Source of the DNA: a virus | Direction: 5' to 3' (one strand) | IMG/VR virus record: IMGVR_UViG_3300045391_005781 | Length of the DNA stretch: 51,153 nucleotides | In this document: positions 40,583-49,846 of the stretch, piece after piece | Layout of the letters: each line of letters opens with the position of its first letter | Position numbering within the stretch: the stretch's first letter is position 1 | Translations under genes and position numbers: made by a program | The notes under the pieces: generated by a model | Seen by the model: only the letters and a program-made list of their open reading frames with translations | Databases searched by the model: none | What the model was told of the DNA's origin: nothing

Positions 40583-41740
40583 TTAATAAAATATACAAAA
40601 ACTGCCAGGTTGATCTTCCGCTGTGCCACTGCTCGCATTAACCAACAAAACTCCAACTGATGTTGTGGTTTTTGAGAAAACCATAGCAGATGGCAATCCT
40701 GTTGTAGATACGCCTGTTGCTAATGCAATATAATTTGCCGTTGCTAAAGCCGATGAAAAATTAAACGTATAATTACCAACGCTATTTCGAACCATTGATG
40801 CCACATTAAATGTAGTGTTTAGTGTTGCTGTCGCTCCATCAAAAGATGCAAATACTCGAGCAATAGGACTTGGAGAAAAACTTGTTACTAATGCCGTACT
40901 TGCTGTTATCGTTGCACCACTTATATTTCCTGATGTTGAAAGATTTCCAGCAGAGGTGATGGTAACTGGAGTTGCATTACTTCCTAGAACAACAGATCCT
41001 GTACCATTGGGGGTAATAAGGACATTCATATTACCAGAAGTTGATGATAAAATATTGGAAGTTAAATTCAAATTTCCAACAGTTAAAGATGTTAATCCAG
41101 TAACAGTGGAATTTAATGCAATTGTAGGATTTCCTGTAACACCGCTTGCGTTTGTAATTGTTACATTAGAACCACCAACAAGAGAAACATTTGCCCATGT
41201 TCCTGTATTTGCTGTGCGCACAGCAATTCCAGTTGTTGCCAGAGAAGCGATATTTGCAAGATCATTAGCAAGCGAGAAATTTAATGTACCAGCAGTTGTG
41301 ATAGGACTTCCTGTGATTGTTAATCCAGCAGTCAGAGAAGCTGCTGCAACAGATGTAACAACGGGAGTACCAAGGCCAAAAGCGATTGTGCGCCATGACC
41401 CTGCCACTGTTGTGTTGTTATAGAGATAAAGGAAAAATATATTTCCAGCCCCAATGATCGAAAGCAATCCACCCGCATTATCTAATATATTAAATGCAGT
41501 GCTGCCAGAAAGATTATTGATTATTATTCGTTCACCAACCGAAGTTTGAGTTGCATCAGGCAATGTTATTGTTAATCCACCAGATTGTGGAGTAACATCT
41601 ATGATATCTGTTACAACATTATTTGTATCTTGAAACTGTGTTGGCCAACTTAAAATTTTAGAAGCAGATAAAGTTATTGATGAATAAGATACAACAACCG
41701 ACTGTATAGGCGTGCCGCCAAAAATATTGATATAACTCAT
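40583..41740 (-). CDS. Fibre-like protein (385 aa) embedded in the head-gene block
   Basis: Ser/Thr/Asn/Gly-rich beta-repeat sequence (TAGLTITGSPITTAGTLNFSL..., GSNVTITNASGVTGNPTIALNSTVTGLTSLTVGNLNL). Followed by a 345-bp regulatory gap. Confidence 0.55.
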   Translation of the reverse strand: MSYINIFGGTPIQSVVVSYSSITLSASKILSWPTQFQDTNNVVTDIIDVTPQSGGLTITLPDATQTSVGERIIINNLSGSTAFNILDNAGGLLSIIGAGNIFFLYLYNNTTVAGSWRTIAFGLGTPVVTSVAAASLTAGLTITGSPITTAGTLNFSLANDLANIASLATTGIAVRTANTGTWANVSLVGGSNVTITNASGVTGNPTIALNSTVTGLTSLTVGNLNLTSNILSSTSGNMNVLITPNGTGSVVLGSNATPVTITSAGNLSTSGNISGATITASTALVTSFSPSPIARVFASFDGATATLNTTFNVASMVRNSVGNYTFNFSSALATANYIALATGVSTTGLPSAMVFSKTTTSVGVLLVNASSGTAEDQPGSFCIFY

Positions 41741-41765
41741 AATCTCCCCCTATAATTCATAAAAC

Positions 41766-42257
41766 TTAATCAGCAAATGATGTTTGTTCTGTCTTAATGA
41801 TAGAATTTTGATTTATAAAAACTTTTGATGGCATATAAGGATCACTCATAAATTGATCTGTTCCAGGGATTGAGGTCATCAATCTCTGTGTTTCACGATT
41901 CGCACTTTCTCTTTCGAGTTCACCATAGATTTTTTCGCGCTCACATAAAATCAATCCTCGAAAATAGATGAATCCTCGAACATGACTTGGGCTACGTTCA
42001 TCATGGGTTGTCATAAATTCTGGATGTCGATCTGCCGGAACAGGCTCCCAACCTTTTCTTTTGCATTGAGCATATCGATAAGCATCTGGTTGATTTAATA
42101 CTGAATCTCTGATCCACATATATTCCATATCAGGTGGAATATCTGCTGGATCAACGTATAAAGGATCTTGATATTGCATCCTTAAATTGCGTCGAATCAT
42201 TGCATCACGAGAACTATTCGAACGACTTTCTTCTATCCTATTGTTTTTTTCGGCCAT
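41766..42257 (-). CDS. Head-module hypothetical protein (163 aa from MAEKNN...)
   Basis: The ATG is preceded by AGGAGG. The track's GTG start lies inside the SD spacer. Confidence 0.55.
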   Translation of the reverse strand: MAEKNNRIEESRSNSSRDAMIRRNLRMQYQDPLYVDPADIPPDMEYMWIRDSVLNQPDAYRYAQCKRKGWEPVPADRHPEFMTTHDERSPSHVRGFIYFRGLILCEREKIYGELERESANRETQRLMTSIPGTDQFMSDPYMPSKVFINQNSIIKTEQTSFAD

Positions 42258-42307
42258 AAGCACCTCCTGTTTGTAATGTGTTTTGTTGTAAGTTATTTAT
42301 TGAAAAT

Positions 42308-43297
42308 TTACGCCCCACGATAATTGTTACTGTATCTTTGCTTTTCTATATTCATTTGTTCTAATTTGTGTTTTAGATAATCCTGTTCTTTTATCCCTAA
42401 TTGGCGAGCGATATATTTATCATCTTCTGTTAAAACGATTCGATTATTTGAGCCGTTATTTGTATTTGAAGAACGCTTGACGGGGGATGCAGACATCAGC
42501 CCAGATCTTCTTTCTTCGCTTGATTGATTACGTTGACGATCATAATCGTGCGCAAAATTATCAATTCTATTAAAATATTCTTTAGAAAAATATTCATTCT
42601 CACGACCTTGGCGGGCTAAACTTGCGTCAAATGCTTGTGCGTAAAGATGAACTTCTTCCGCCTTGTCAGGATCATAATGAGAAGAATTTGGATCAAACCA
42701 AGCATTTTTTTGCAACCAACGTTCAGCAACTTCATTAACAATAGGTTCTTCAAAATCCTGTTGAGAAACAGATTGTTGGGTTACTTGAGAATTGACATTT
42801 TCATTCGAAAGCTGTTGACGTACCGATTCCTGGGCTTTCCAATTTTCTAACTCTTTTATATCAGCCAAAGTTGAAAATAAATTATTATCTGCCTCAAGAA
42901 TCCCGTCGTAATCATTCAATTCCAGAGCTTTACGTTTTGCTTCTTTAGCTTGATCAAGCCGAAGTTTTAAAGAATTCTCATAATGTGATTGAGAGACTTG
43001 ATGGGATGTTTGAGTAAGTCGTTTTAGATTTTCGTTTTCTTCTCTTAACTGTTGCGCTTCAGCCGCAATTCTATGCTTTTCTCTTTGTATCTTAGAAAGC
43101 CTTTTCTTATGCGCAAGCCATTTTTCATCGAGTTCTGCTTCAACATTTTTATCATTTGAACGATCTACATCATCAGATTGATTTAAACTATCTTCAGCAA
43201 TATCTTGATTGGAATTTAATTCTTCCGATTGAATGCCTTCAGATTCAATGGGGGATTCATTTTCTAAGAAATTATTTTCTGTATTATTTTGTTCCAT
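42308..43297 (-). CDS. Scaffolding-like protein (329 aa)
   Basis: Acidic N-terminus and long coiled-coil segments. Lies between the portal and capsid genes. Confidence 0.5.
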   Translation of the reverse strand: MEQNNTENNFLENESPIESEGIQSEELNSNQDIAEDSLNQSDDVDRSNDKNVEAELDEKWLAHKKRLSKIQREKHRIAAEAQQLREENENLKRLTQTSHQVSQSHYENSLKLRLDQAKEAKRKALELNDYDGILEADNNLFSTLADIKELENWKAQESVRQQLSNENVNSQVTQQSVSQQDFEEPIVNEVAERWLQKNAWFDPNSSHYDPDKAEEVHLYAQAFDASLARQGRENEYFSKEYFNRIDNFAHDYDRQRNQSSEERRSGLMSASPVKRSSNTNNGSNNRIVLTEDDKYIARQLGIKEQDYLKHKLEQMNIEKQRYSNNYRGA

Positions 43298-43310
43298 GGG
43301 CGCTCCTCTT

Positions 43311-43736
43311 CTAATCGCGTCTTACAACTGATGGGTCATCAACAACAAGCAAGACTCGGTCATCAGGGATCACATGCATAGGGATATCTCTGTAAACAAT
43401 TTGATGTCCTTCATGACGTGGAATTACAACCCAATCACCTATCTTGCACCAAGCGCCTGATTCTTTAAATCGATCCCCCTTGTAGCATTCTGGGCCTTTA
43501 GCAATAACAAGAGCAGAGATGCTTCTATATCGATCCTCAGCGCGAGTAGATTCAGGTAAATAAATTTTCCTTTCTACACCATCATCTCCTTTTATTCTGG
43601 ATACTTCTTCAGGTCGTATATAAAGCTTCACAAGTAAATGATAGCCAGCGGGACGCGGGGGTTCAAATCCAAGTTGTTGAGTAATTAATTCTTTTGCTTC
43701 TTGTTCTTCATGTGATTCAATATAACTTAAGCTCAT
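43311..43736 (-). CDS. GroES/Cpn10-like co-chaperonin (141 aa)
   Basis: GYHLLVKLYIRPEE...KIYLPESTRAEDRYRSISALVIAKGP...CKIGDWVVIPRHEGHQIVYRDIPMHVIPDDRVLLVVDD follows the GroES pattern (drvlVk...GI.lP......g.VvAvG...vkvGD.V.f....g......g...li....diLavv). Confidence 0.5.
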   Translation of the reverse strand: MSLSYIESHEEQEAKELITQQLGFEPPRPAGYHLLVKLYIRPEEVSRIKGDDGVERKIYLPESTRAEDRYRSISALVIAKGPECYKGDRFKESGAWCKIGDWVVIPRHEGHQIVYRDIPMHVIPDDRVLLVVDDPSVVRRD

Positions 43737-43798
43737 TAAGTGAATTCTCCCTGTTTTTGGTTGTTGTTGTCGTGTTATTAATGGTGCATTTCATGATT

Positions 43799-44005
43799 TT
43801 ATCTTTTGTTGATTTGTTTGGGTTTTTCTATATCTTCAAAAAATTCCGTCATAATATCTTCAGCCTCTTCAAGTCCACGAATTCGACCACAAAGATGTTT
43901 ATATTCATCAAAAGAAGGAACAACCCCCGCAGAAATACGGTCTATATATTGCTTTTTTTGATGTCGTATCCGATCAATAGTAATTTCAAAAAATTTAATT
44001 AACAT
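43799..44005 (-). CDS. Hypothetical protein (68 aa from MLIKFFE...; the track TTG start is at 44044)
   Basis: ORF from the track with the ATG start preferred. Confidence 0.45.
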   Translation of the reverse strand: MLIKFFEITIDRIRHQKKQYIDRISAGVVPSFDEYKHLCGRIRGLEEAEDIMTEFFEDIEKPKQINKR

Positions 44006-44075
44006 AAAATCGCCTAAACAAATAAAAACAGCATAAACGAACAAATATATTCATTAAAACACCACTAATTATTAA

Positions 44076-44105
44076 ATTAGAGATCTAATTTTATTGAAGT
44101 TGCAA
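44076..44105 (-). promoter_or_regulatory. Candidate promoter (TTGCAA-N18-TCTAAT) restarting transcription inside the head module
   Basis: Read on the minus strand immediately after the terminator at 44105-44139. Confidence 0.35.
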
Positions 44106-44139
44106 GAAAAAAATCCCCTTTCTAAAATATAGAAAGGGG
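44105..44139 (-). terminator. Rho-independent terminator after the His-rich protein gene
   Basis: Minus strand: cccctttct-atatttt-agaaagggg followed by a-ttttttt. A second 10-bp hairpin (44148-44185) lies just upstream. Confidence 0.75.
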
Positions 44140-44184
44140 AAGTTAAAAACAGTTTATCAAAAATGAGAAAAACCAATAAACTGT

Positions 44185-44976
44185 TTAGTAACCCATTTTT
44201 CTTTTGTGTGTGATGGGTTTCCCAGATGAGCTCATAACGCCATGGCGTATCTTTCCTGCGCCGCCTGCTGCAAATTTATGATGTTTTTTATGACCGCCTT
44301 TGGATACCTTACCGCCTTTATAAAGATATTCTCCAAAAGATGCATCAAAAGCACCTGGATTACCATGTTTTTCGCCTGATTTGCGATGCGCATGAGAAAT
44401 ACAATGCATACCTTTCATATCTTTCTCATAATTGATATGAGGGCGTTTATGACTTGGATGCATTCCTAACATTTCGTGTTCGTAAATATTACCACCACTG
44501 GCTTTATGAACTTGTTTGTGATGTTTATGTGTTACGTGATGGCCACCTTTTTTCATCCGCTGAGCCTCATGTATGCTTTCGATGTTTAAATTAGAATGTT
44601 TCGGCAAATGTAAATTGGTCAAAGAGCCCCCCATGATTTCATGCTTGTGATGTTTATCACGATGTTTGTGCCGTTTGTGATGACCGCCTCGTGACAAATG
44701 GCTTTCTTTCTCTAAATTTGTCTCAGCTTCATGCAACCCATGTCGTTGAAGCTTGTGGAGGTGGGAGCGTCTTTTTTCTTTTTCGTCATGGTGATGTACA
44801 GAGCCGCCTTTTTTATAAAGTCTAAGCTTTTCTCTTTGAGATGATGAATGGCTTCCTGGCATATTCATTTCGGTGTGAGAAATCTCCCCTCCTAAAAGCC
44901 TTTCTGCTTTGGCTCTCATAGAATCGTGTCCAGGATATCCTGCAAGATAATGTTTTTCATCAAAGTCGTATGTCAT
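44185..44976 (-). CDS. Histidine-rich basic virion-module protein (263 aa)
   Basis: About 41 His by manual count. Runs include GGHHKRHKHRDKHHKHE and HHVTHKHHKQVHK. Nine x-G-G motifs (KKGGS, SRGGH, KKGGH, ASGGN, YKGGK, SKGGH, AAGGA...). Confidence 0.65.
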   Translation of the reverse strand: MTYDFDEKHYLAGYPGHDSMRAKAERLLGGEISHTEMNMPGSHSSSQREKLRLYKKGGSVHHHDEKEKRRSHLHKLQRHGLHEAETNLEKESHLSRGGHHKRHKHRDKHHKHEIMGGSLTNLHLPKHSNLNIESIHEAQRMKKGGHHVTHKHHKQVHKASGGNIYEHEMLGMHPSHKRPHINYEKDMKGMHCISHAHRKSGEKHGNPGAFDASFGEYLYKGGKVSKGGHKKHHKFAAGGAGKIRHGVMSSSGKPITHKRKMGY

Positions 44977-45039
44977 ACTATGTCCTTTCTGGTGTTAAAA
45001 TTAAATCAAGTCGTTATTCTTTTTTATTTGGTTAAAATC

Positions 45040-47400
45040 CTACTGATGTTTTGAAATTCCAATCTTCATTTCTGCGATATCAATTTCTTTTTGGTTTCTT
45101 TCTTCTGCTATCTCTTTTTGTGTATTTGCCTTCAGTTTTTCACCTTCAAACTTCAATTGAGATTTGTGAACATCTGTCTCTGCTTTTAATTTTGTTTCTT
45201 CATCTTTCAAATATGCAGCCTCACGTCTTTGCTCAATGTCCGCCATTAGAATTGCATTTGGGTCTATCGTTTGCGCTTGTTGAGCTTGTTGTTGCGCTTG
45301 AAGCTGTTCTTGAGCAATTTGAGCCGCTTGCAATGCAATTTGATTCTGCACTTCAGGAGATTTAATCATTTCAATGGGTGGCATTTGAATATTCATTGCC
45401 ATCTGCATCTTCACTAAATAATCATAAGCCCGATGTTCGTTTATATGGGCTTGTAAAATTGGATTGTTTTGAGCCTCTGTGCTATGTACTACGATGTGAG
45501 ATTGATGGTCTTGCCAAATCGCAGCTGTCACAGGTTTTCCCGTCATTGCTTTCATATTTTCTGTTATAGGATCAAGCGGCTCCACATTTTCCTGAGACGG
45601 CAGAAGCAAATCATCAATGCTTTCCACATTCATGGCTTCTAACACACGACGATTAACTTCCCTCATATTGTAAAGTGTTGGATTGGCCATAGAAATTTCT
45701 TGAAGAGATTTGGCCCGCAAAAGCCTCATCGTGGTCGTCGTATGTTTTGGATCAGATATGGGAACAATTTTAATTTTATCATTGAAATCGCGCCTCATAA
45801 TGTTCAAAGATTTACCAGGAACGTTAAAAGGATAAGGAGCATCGGGAAGTACTTCTCCAAAAAGATTATAGAGTAATTGCATTTCGCGTTGCAAAGACAT
45901 ATGAAGAGATTCAAAAATTGAGGCTTGGAATCGATCTGTTACTTCTAATAAAGCAAGTGTAGTTGTGGCCGGTGCGTTGACGCTATTTTCCACAACCTGA
46001 CTCTCAGAAACAGATGCAAGAACTTGCGTTTGTTGCATTAGTTCATTACGAAGATCCTTAAGTACCACGGATGGTTCATTATAGGGCATATTCATAATGG
46101 CATCTCTAATTGGAAGTCCTCCTGTCTCAACATCTAGAAACTCAGACGGCCCAATTGGCTTATCATTATTCTCTATCCTTAACCCTTTCACTTTCAATCC
46201 ACCTGGAAAATTCTTTAAAGTGCCAGCATCGAGCAATTGTCTTTGAATTGACGTTAATGTAACCGCGTTAGAACCTATAATGTGAGGAAGCCCCATTCCA
46301 TAAAGACCCAACCCTGGTAAATAATTATATTGAACAAAATATTCTCGAGCTTTGAAATGCGGATCATTCATTTTCCAGTTACGCCGAATTGAAAGAATTT
46401 TGTGACTTGATGCGCAAATAGTTACTATATATGGCAAAGGAATCGAAAGCTTTTTAGACTCCTTTTCGAAATAATCAAACTCCTCCAGATTTAGGGTGAC
46501 ATGAGATTCAAAGATTTCAAGCAAAGAGTTTTTTTCGTATGAATCAAGATTAATACCTTCAAGACGCTGTATGGCCTTAGACGTTTCAGATTGTTCTTCT
46601 AAGGGAGATGTTATTCCAGGCAGTTCAACATCTCTATAAAAGCCTGACGCTTGCCTTAATGCTATTTCCTGTTTAGATAATGAAATTTTATGTGTAATCC
46701 TATCTGAAGATAAAATAGTAACGCAGTTGTTGTTTACGATAAGATCTTGAGGATCAATCATGCGAGGAAGAGGCATATTTAAAATAGGATCTATATACAC
46801 TTTGCGAAATACGCAACCCACAATTGCAACATAAAGCAACAAACGGTCACAATCTGCGTAATATTCTTTATCTTTATCAACAAGATAATAATTCATAAAT
46901 TCTTTAATGCGACGCCCTTGCTTTTCAAGCTCTGCTGAGAATTCCCCATTGATTTTAAAATCGACTGGCCCAGTGCGAGGAAAAAGTAGCGGTTTTGCTC
47001 TTGAGTAAAATGCAATCACTGAAGTAGATAGAGTGGTATCAAATGCGCGACAAGCCGACATAAACGGAACATCTTTGAAATCTTCAAGCTTCCATCCAAG
47101 ATATTTAATTCCATTTAGATATGATTGTTCCCATTCTGTTCGAGATTCTTTGTCTTGCTCAATGCCATCTAGAATCTTAGATGCAATTCCAGCTAACGCC
47201 GTTTCCGGCATCTTTTCTGCAAGATTCTCTTTAAAATTTTCTTCTTCATCATCTTGTTGTTGGGAGGATTCTCCGAGCTCATAGACGGTTGACCCGTCTG
47301 GAAGATCTTCAATTTTTGTAAAAATTTCTTCAGTGTCTGGCATTTCATTAATAATTGGCGACTCATATGTCCCCTCCCTAAAAATGGTTTGATGCTGCAT
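45040..47400 (-). CDS. Portal protein (786 aa) with a long C-terminal helical, Gln-rich 'barrel'-like extension
   Basis: Largest head-module ORF and first structural gene after terL and its insert. The C-terminal QIALQAAQIAQEQLQAQQQAQQAQ... coiled coil resembles P22-type portals. Confidence 0.75.
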   Translation of the reverse strand: MQHQTIFREGTYESPIINEMPDTEEIFTKIEDLPDGSTVYELGESSQQQDDEEENFKENLAEKMPETALAGIASKILDGIEQDKESRTEWEQSYLNGIKYLGWKLEDFKDVPFMSACRAFDTTLSTSVIAFYSRAKPLLFPRTGPVDFKINGEFSAELEKQGRRIKEFMNYYLVDKDKEYYADCDRLLLYVAIVGCVFRKVYIDPILNMPLPRMIDPQDLIVNNNCVTILSSDRITHKISLSKQEIALRQASGFYRDVELPGITSPLEEQSETSKAIQRLEGINLDSYEKNSLLEIFESHVTLNLEEFDYFEKESKKLSIPLPYIVTICASSHKILSIRRNWKMNDPHFKAREYFVQYNYLPGLGLYGMGLPHIIGSNAVTLTSIQRQLLDAGTLKNFPGGLKVKGLRIENNDKPIGPSEFLDVETGGLPIRDAIMNMPYNEPSVVLKDLRNELMQQTQVLASVSESQVVENSVNAPATTTLALLEVTDRFQASIFESLHMSLQREMQLLYNLFGEVLPDAPYPFNVPGKSLNIMRRDFNDKIKIVPISDPKHTTTTMRLLRAKSLQEISMANPTLYNMREVNRRVLEAMNVESIDDLLLPSQENVEPLDPITENMKAMTGKPVTAAIWQDHQSHIVVHSTEAQNNPILQAHINEHRAYDYLVKMQMAMNIQMPPIEMIKSPEVQNQIALQAAQIAQEQLQAQQQAQQAQTIDPNAILMADIEQRREAAYLKDEETKLKAETDVHKSQLKFEGEKLKANTQKEIAEERNQKEIDIAEMKIGISKHQ

Positions 47401-47590
47401 AATTTATCTCAAAAATATTTTTTTATCCCCGTTAAAGAACCTAGTGGGCGAAGGAAACGAATAAAAAACAAATTAAACTTGTCTATTTTTGTTTAGATGA
47501 TTGTTGATTAGATCGTTTTTGTTTGTTATTTTCTTTACAAAACCACCACTAGATTATATCGATGATTACAATTACTGGAAGATTTTTCAA

Positions 47591-48016
47591 ATGAAAAAAA
47601 AAGACAACAAAGAGAAAGCCAAAACAAAAAAAAACAAAACAACAAAAAAAATAATAGAGAGTATTAGCGTATTAAAATTTGAAGATGTTTACAATAATTT
47701 AAAAAAATTTTGCGAAGAAAACAAACACGAATATTTAGTTGTAGCTTCAAATCCACATGATGAATATTGTGTTGTGTTAAAAAAACAAGAATTAACAACA
47801 AAACATATAAATAATAACAATCCATTTCAACCTTATGAGAAAATTGAAACCAAATATCATCCAATTATGTTTTTGATTTGGAATTGCCCGTATAAGATTC
47901 CTGCGTCTGATGAGCCTGCGTTCATTAAAGAAATGAGAAAATTCCAAGCAAAAATACTTAAAGTTTATCATTTGGAGTTATTAGAAGAAAAGATAAAGCA
48001 AATGTTTGATGTCTAG
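47591..48016 (+). CDS. Hypothetical protein (141 aa from MKKKDNKEK...; the track TTG start is at 47501), opposite strand to the virion genes
   Basis: The ATG has a GGAAG SD, and an A9 tract follows the ATG directly. The N-terminus is Lys-rich. Confidence 0.55.
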   Translation: MKKKDNKEKAKTKKNKTTKKIIESISVLKFEDVYNNLKKFCEENKHEYLVVASNPHDEYCVVLKKQELTTKHINNNNPFQPYEKIETKYHPIMFLIWNCPYKIPASDEPAFIKEMRKFQAKILKVYHLELLEEKIKQMFDV

Positions 48017-48097
48017 TAAAGTTTTCCGTTGGTCTGTTGGATATTTTTCTTAAAAAGTGGATTGAAAAAAATAAATTTGTTCTTTATAAAGAAAATT

Positions 48098-48152
48098 ACA
48101 ACACCCAAGAGTTCCAGCTCCCTTTCATGGCTTTAAAAAATTTGGGTGTTGT
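48098..48152. terminator. Bidirectional terminator-like hairpin between convergent genes (acaacacccaa-N33-ttgggtgttgt followed by tttttt)
   Basis: An 11-bp perfect stem with a long loop. Confidence 0.4.
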
Positions 48153-48160
48153 TTTTTATA

Positions 48161-49693
48161 TCACATATAAAACTTCTTAGATTTAACAATATTTGGTTCT
48201 TTTATCTTATCAACAATATGCCCTTTAATTTTATCAAGAAGATCCACATTAAACCAATAAAAGTACACATCAAAGAAAGACAAAGCGGCGTATTGATTGA
48301 TTTGTCGAAGAAATTGCTGATTGCTAAGACTTTCAGGAGAAAAGTTATTTGCTATATAAGCAAGTCCCTTCCATCCCTCCAACTCTCTTTGAGACAACTT
48401 CTCAATGGGATAAGGTGCTGCATAAAGAGCCCCAACAAAACACTTTAACGCATTTTTCCATGAAGGGGTTAATAAATTAAGTTTTATGTCTTCAGAAAGC
48501 ATCTTATCATTCAAAAACAAATCTTTCGTCAAGAAATTTATGAAAAACAAAGATTTCTCATCAGATATTGCATTGTTTTGAGTTAGCGATTTGTAAAGCT
48601 CATTGTCATCACTTGGCAAAAATCGCCCAATATCAAAAGGAATTTGTTTTCTGTGCATTTCGGCAAAAAGATTCATGGTGGAATTTAAGCTCATAGCTTT
48701 CCTGTATTTCACATCATTCAAAAGCAAATCGACTTTGCGATCTAATTTTTTTAAAACAGATATCGGTTCACCATCATCAATCAACCCTAATGGAAGTTCG
48801 AGTTTTGCCGCGGCAACATTCAAAAGAGAATCGACAACATCGCTGTTTTTTAAAAGTGTCCTTGGAACTCCGGCATCAATCAAAGACTGAACAAAATCAC
48901 CTCTTGAAATTAACTGATTGTCATTGAAATTCAGTTCATGAAGATCTAAATTTGTTGTAATTTTAATATCTTTCATTTCGTTGTATTCTTCGATTTCATC
49001 ATCTAGAGAGCTATTATTCAATGTACTCTCTATAAGCTTTTTCCCAAGTTCTTTAATTTCCTTTTTTATAGCATCAATATCCTTTTCTAAGATTTCATGG
49101 TCGCAATCGAGCAAAGCAATAACACGATTAATTTCCAAAACCTCAGTATCATTTTCGACCTTCAAAAGAATCAAAGCTTTTTCTACTTCGTCGCTATACT
49201 TTTGCGTAATTGCGAGTCTCTTTTGAGAAAGCTCTTCTTTCGCCTTGTTTTTCTGTATCAAAGACGGACTGCCTGGAAGTTTTAATTCCTGAAATGCAGA
49301 GCAAAGTTCATCCAGTGCTGTTGATTTTCTGATTAAAAGATCTTCTTTTTCCTTTAATTGATCTTTGATTTCCTCAGACTTTTGAATTGCTTGAATAGAC
49401 ATGCTTTTACTAAAAATTGCCTCTTCGCAAATCTCTCTCTCAGATTTATCTTTTAATTGCTCTGAGATATTGCTCTTGAACAAACGATTAAATGCCTCTT
49501 CGTCAGATTCTTTTTTTGTCATCGTTCGAGAAGTAGACGCAGCAGAAGTTCTAATGGCCGCTCGAGACACAAAAGTAGGCAAAGTAATAGTTGTTGTTGT
49601 AGTAGTAGTTTCTCGAAGATCGTCTGAACCTACGACGTTTTTACTAAAACAAAGCGCAAGTATAGCTCCAGATATAATTAATTTTCTTTTCAT
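48161..49693 (-). CDS. Secreted coiled-coil protein (510 aa) with signal peptide and a poly-Thr tract
   Basis: MKRKLIISGAILALCFSKNVVG signal sequence, then RETTTTTTTITLP, then long Glu/Lys-rich helical regions. GGGGAG SD. Confidence 0.65.
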   Translation of the reverse strand: MKRKLIISGAILALCFSKNVVGSDDLRETTTTTTTITLPTFVSRAAIRTSAASTSRTMTKKESDEEAFNRLFKSNISEQLKDKSEREICEEAIFSKSMSIQAIQKSEEIKDQLKEKEDLLIRKSTALDELCSAFQELKLPGSPSLIQKNKAKEELSQKRLAITQKYSDEVEKALILLKVENDTEVLEINRVIALLDCDHEILEKDIDAIKKEIKELGKKLIESTLNNSSLDDEIEEYNEMKDIKITTNLDLHELNFNDNQLISRGDFVQSLIDAGVPRTLLKNSDVVDSLLNVAAAKLELPLGLIDDGEPISVLKKLDRKVDLLLNDVKYRKAMSLNSTMNLFAEMHRKQIPFDIGRFLPSDDNELYKSLTQNNAISDEKSLFFINFLTKDLFLNDKMLSEDIKLNLLTPSWKNALKCFVGALYAAPYPIEKLSQRELEGWKGLAYIANNFSPESLSNQQFLRQINQYAALSFFDVYFYWFNVDLLDKIKGHIVDKIKEPNIVKSKKFYM

Positions 49694-49810
49694 GTTTAGC
49701 TCCCCTTTTTCGAAAAAAATATTATTTTTTTATGTTTGTGTGATTGAACTTACCATATTAACATACAATCCGCATAGTCAATTTTTTTGAAAAGTGTACA
49801 ATTTTGTGCC

Positions 49811-49839
49811 TTGACATAATGTTCTGACAGATATAAAAT
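49811..49839 (+). promoter_or_regulatory. Near-consensus sigma70 promoter TTGACA-N17-TAAAAT, orphan, pointing toward the 3' end of terL
   Basis: Hexamers and 17-nt spacing read directly. Confidence 0.55.
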
Positions 49840-49846
49840 ATTACCC

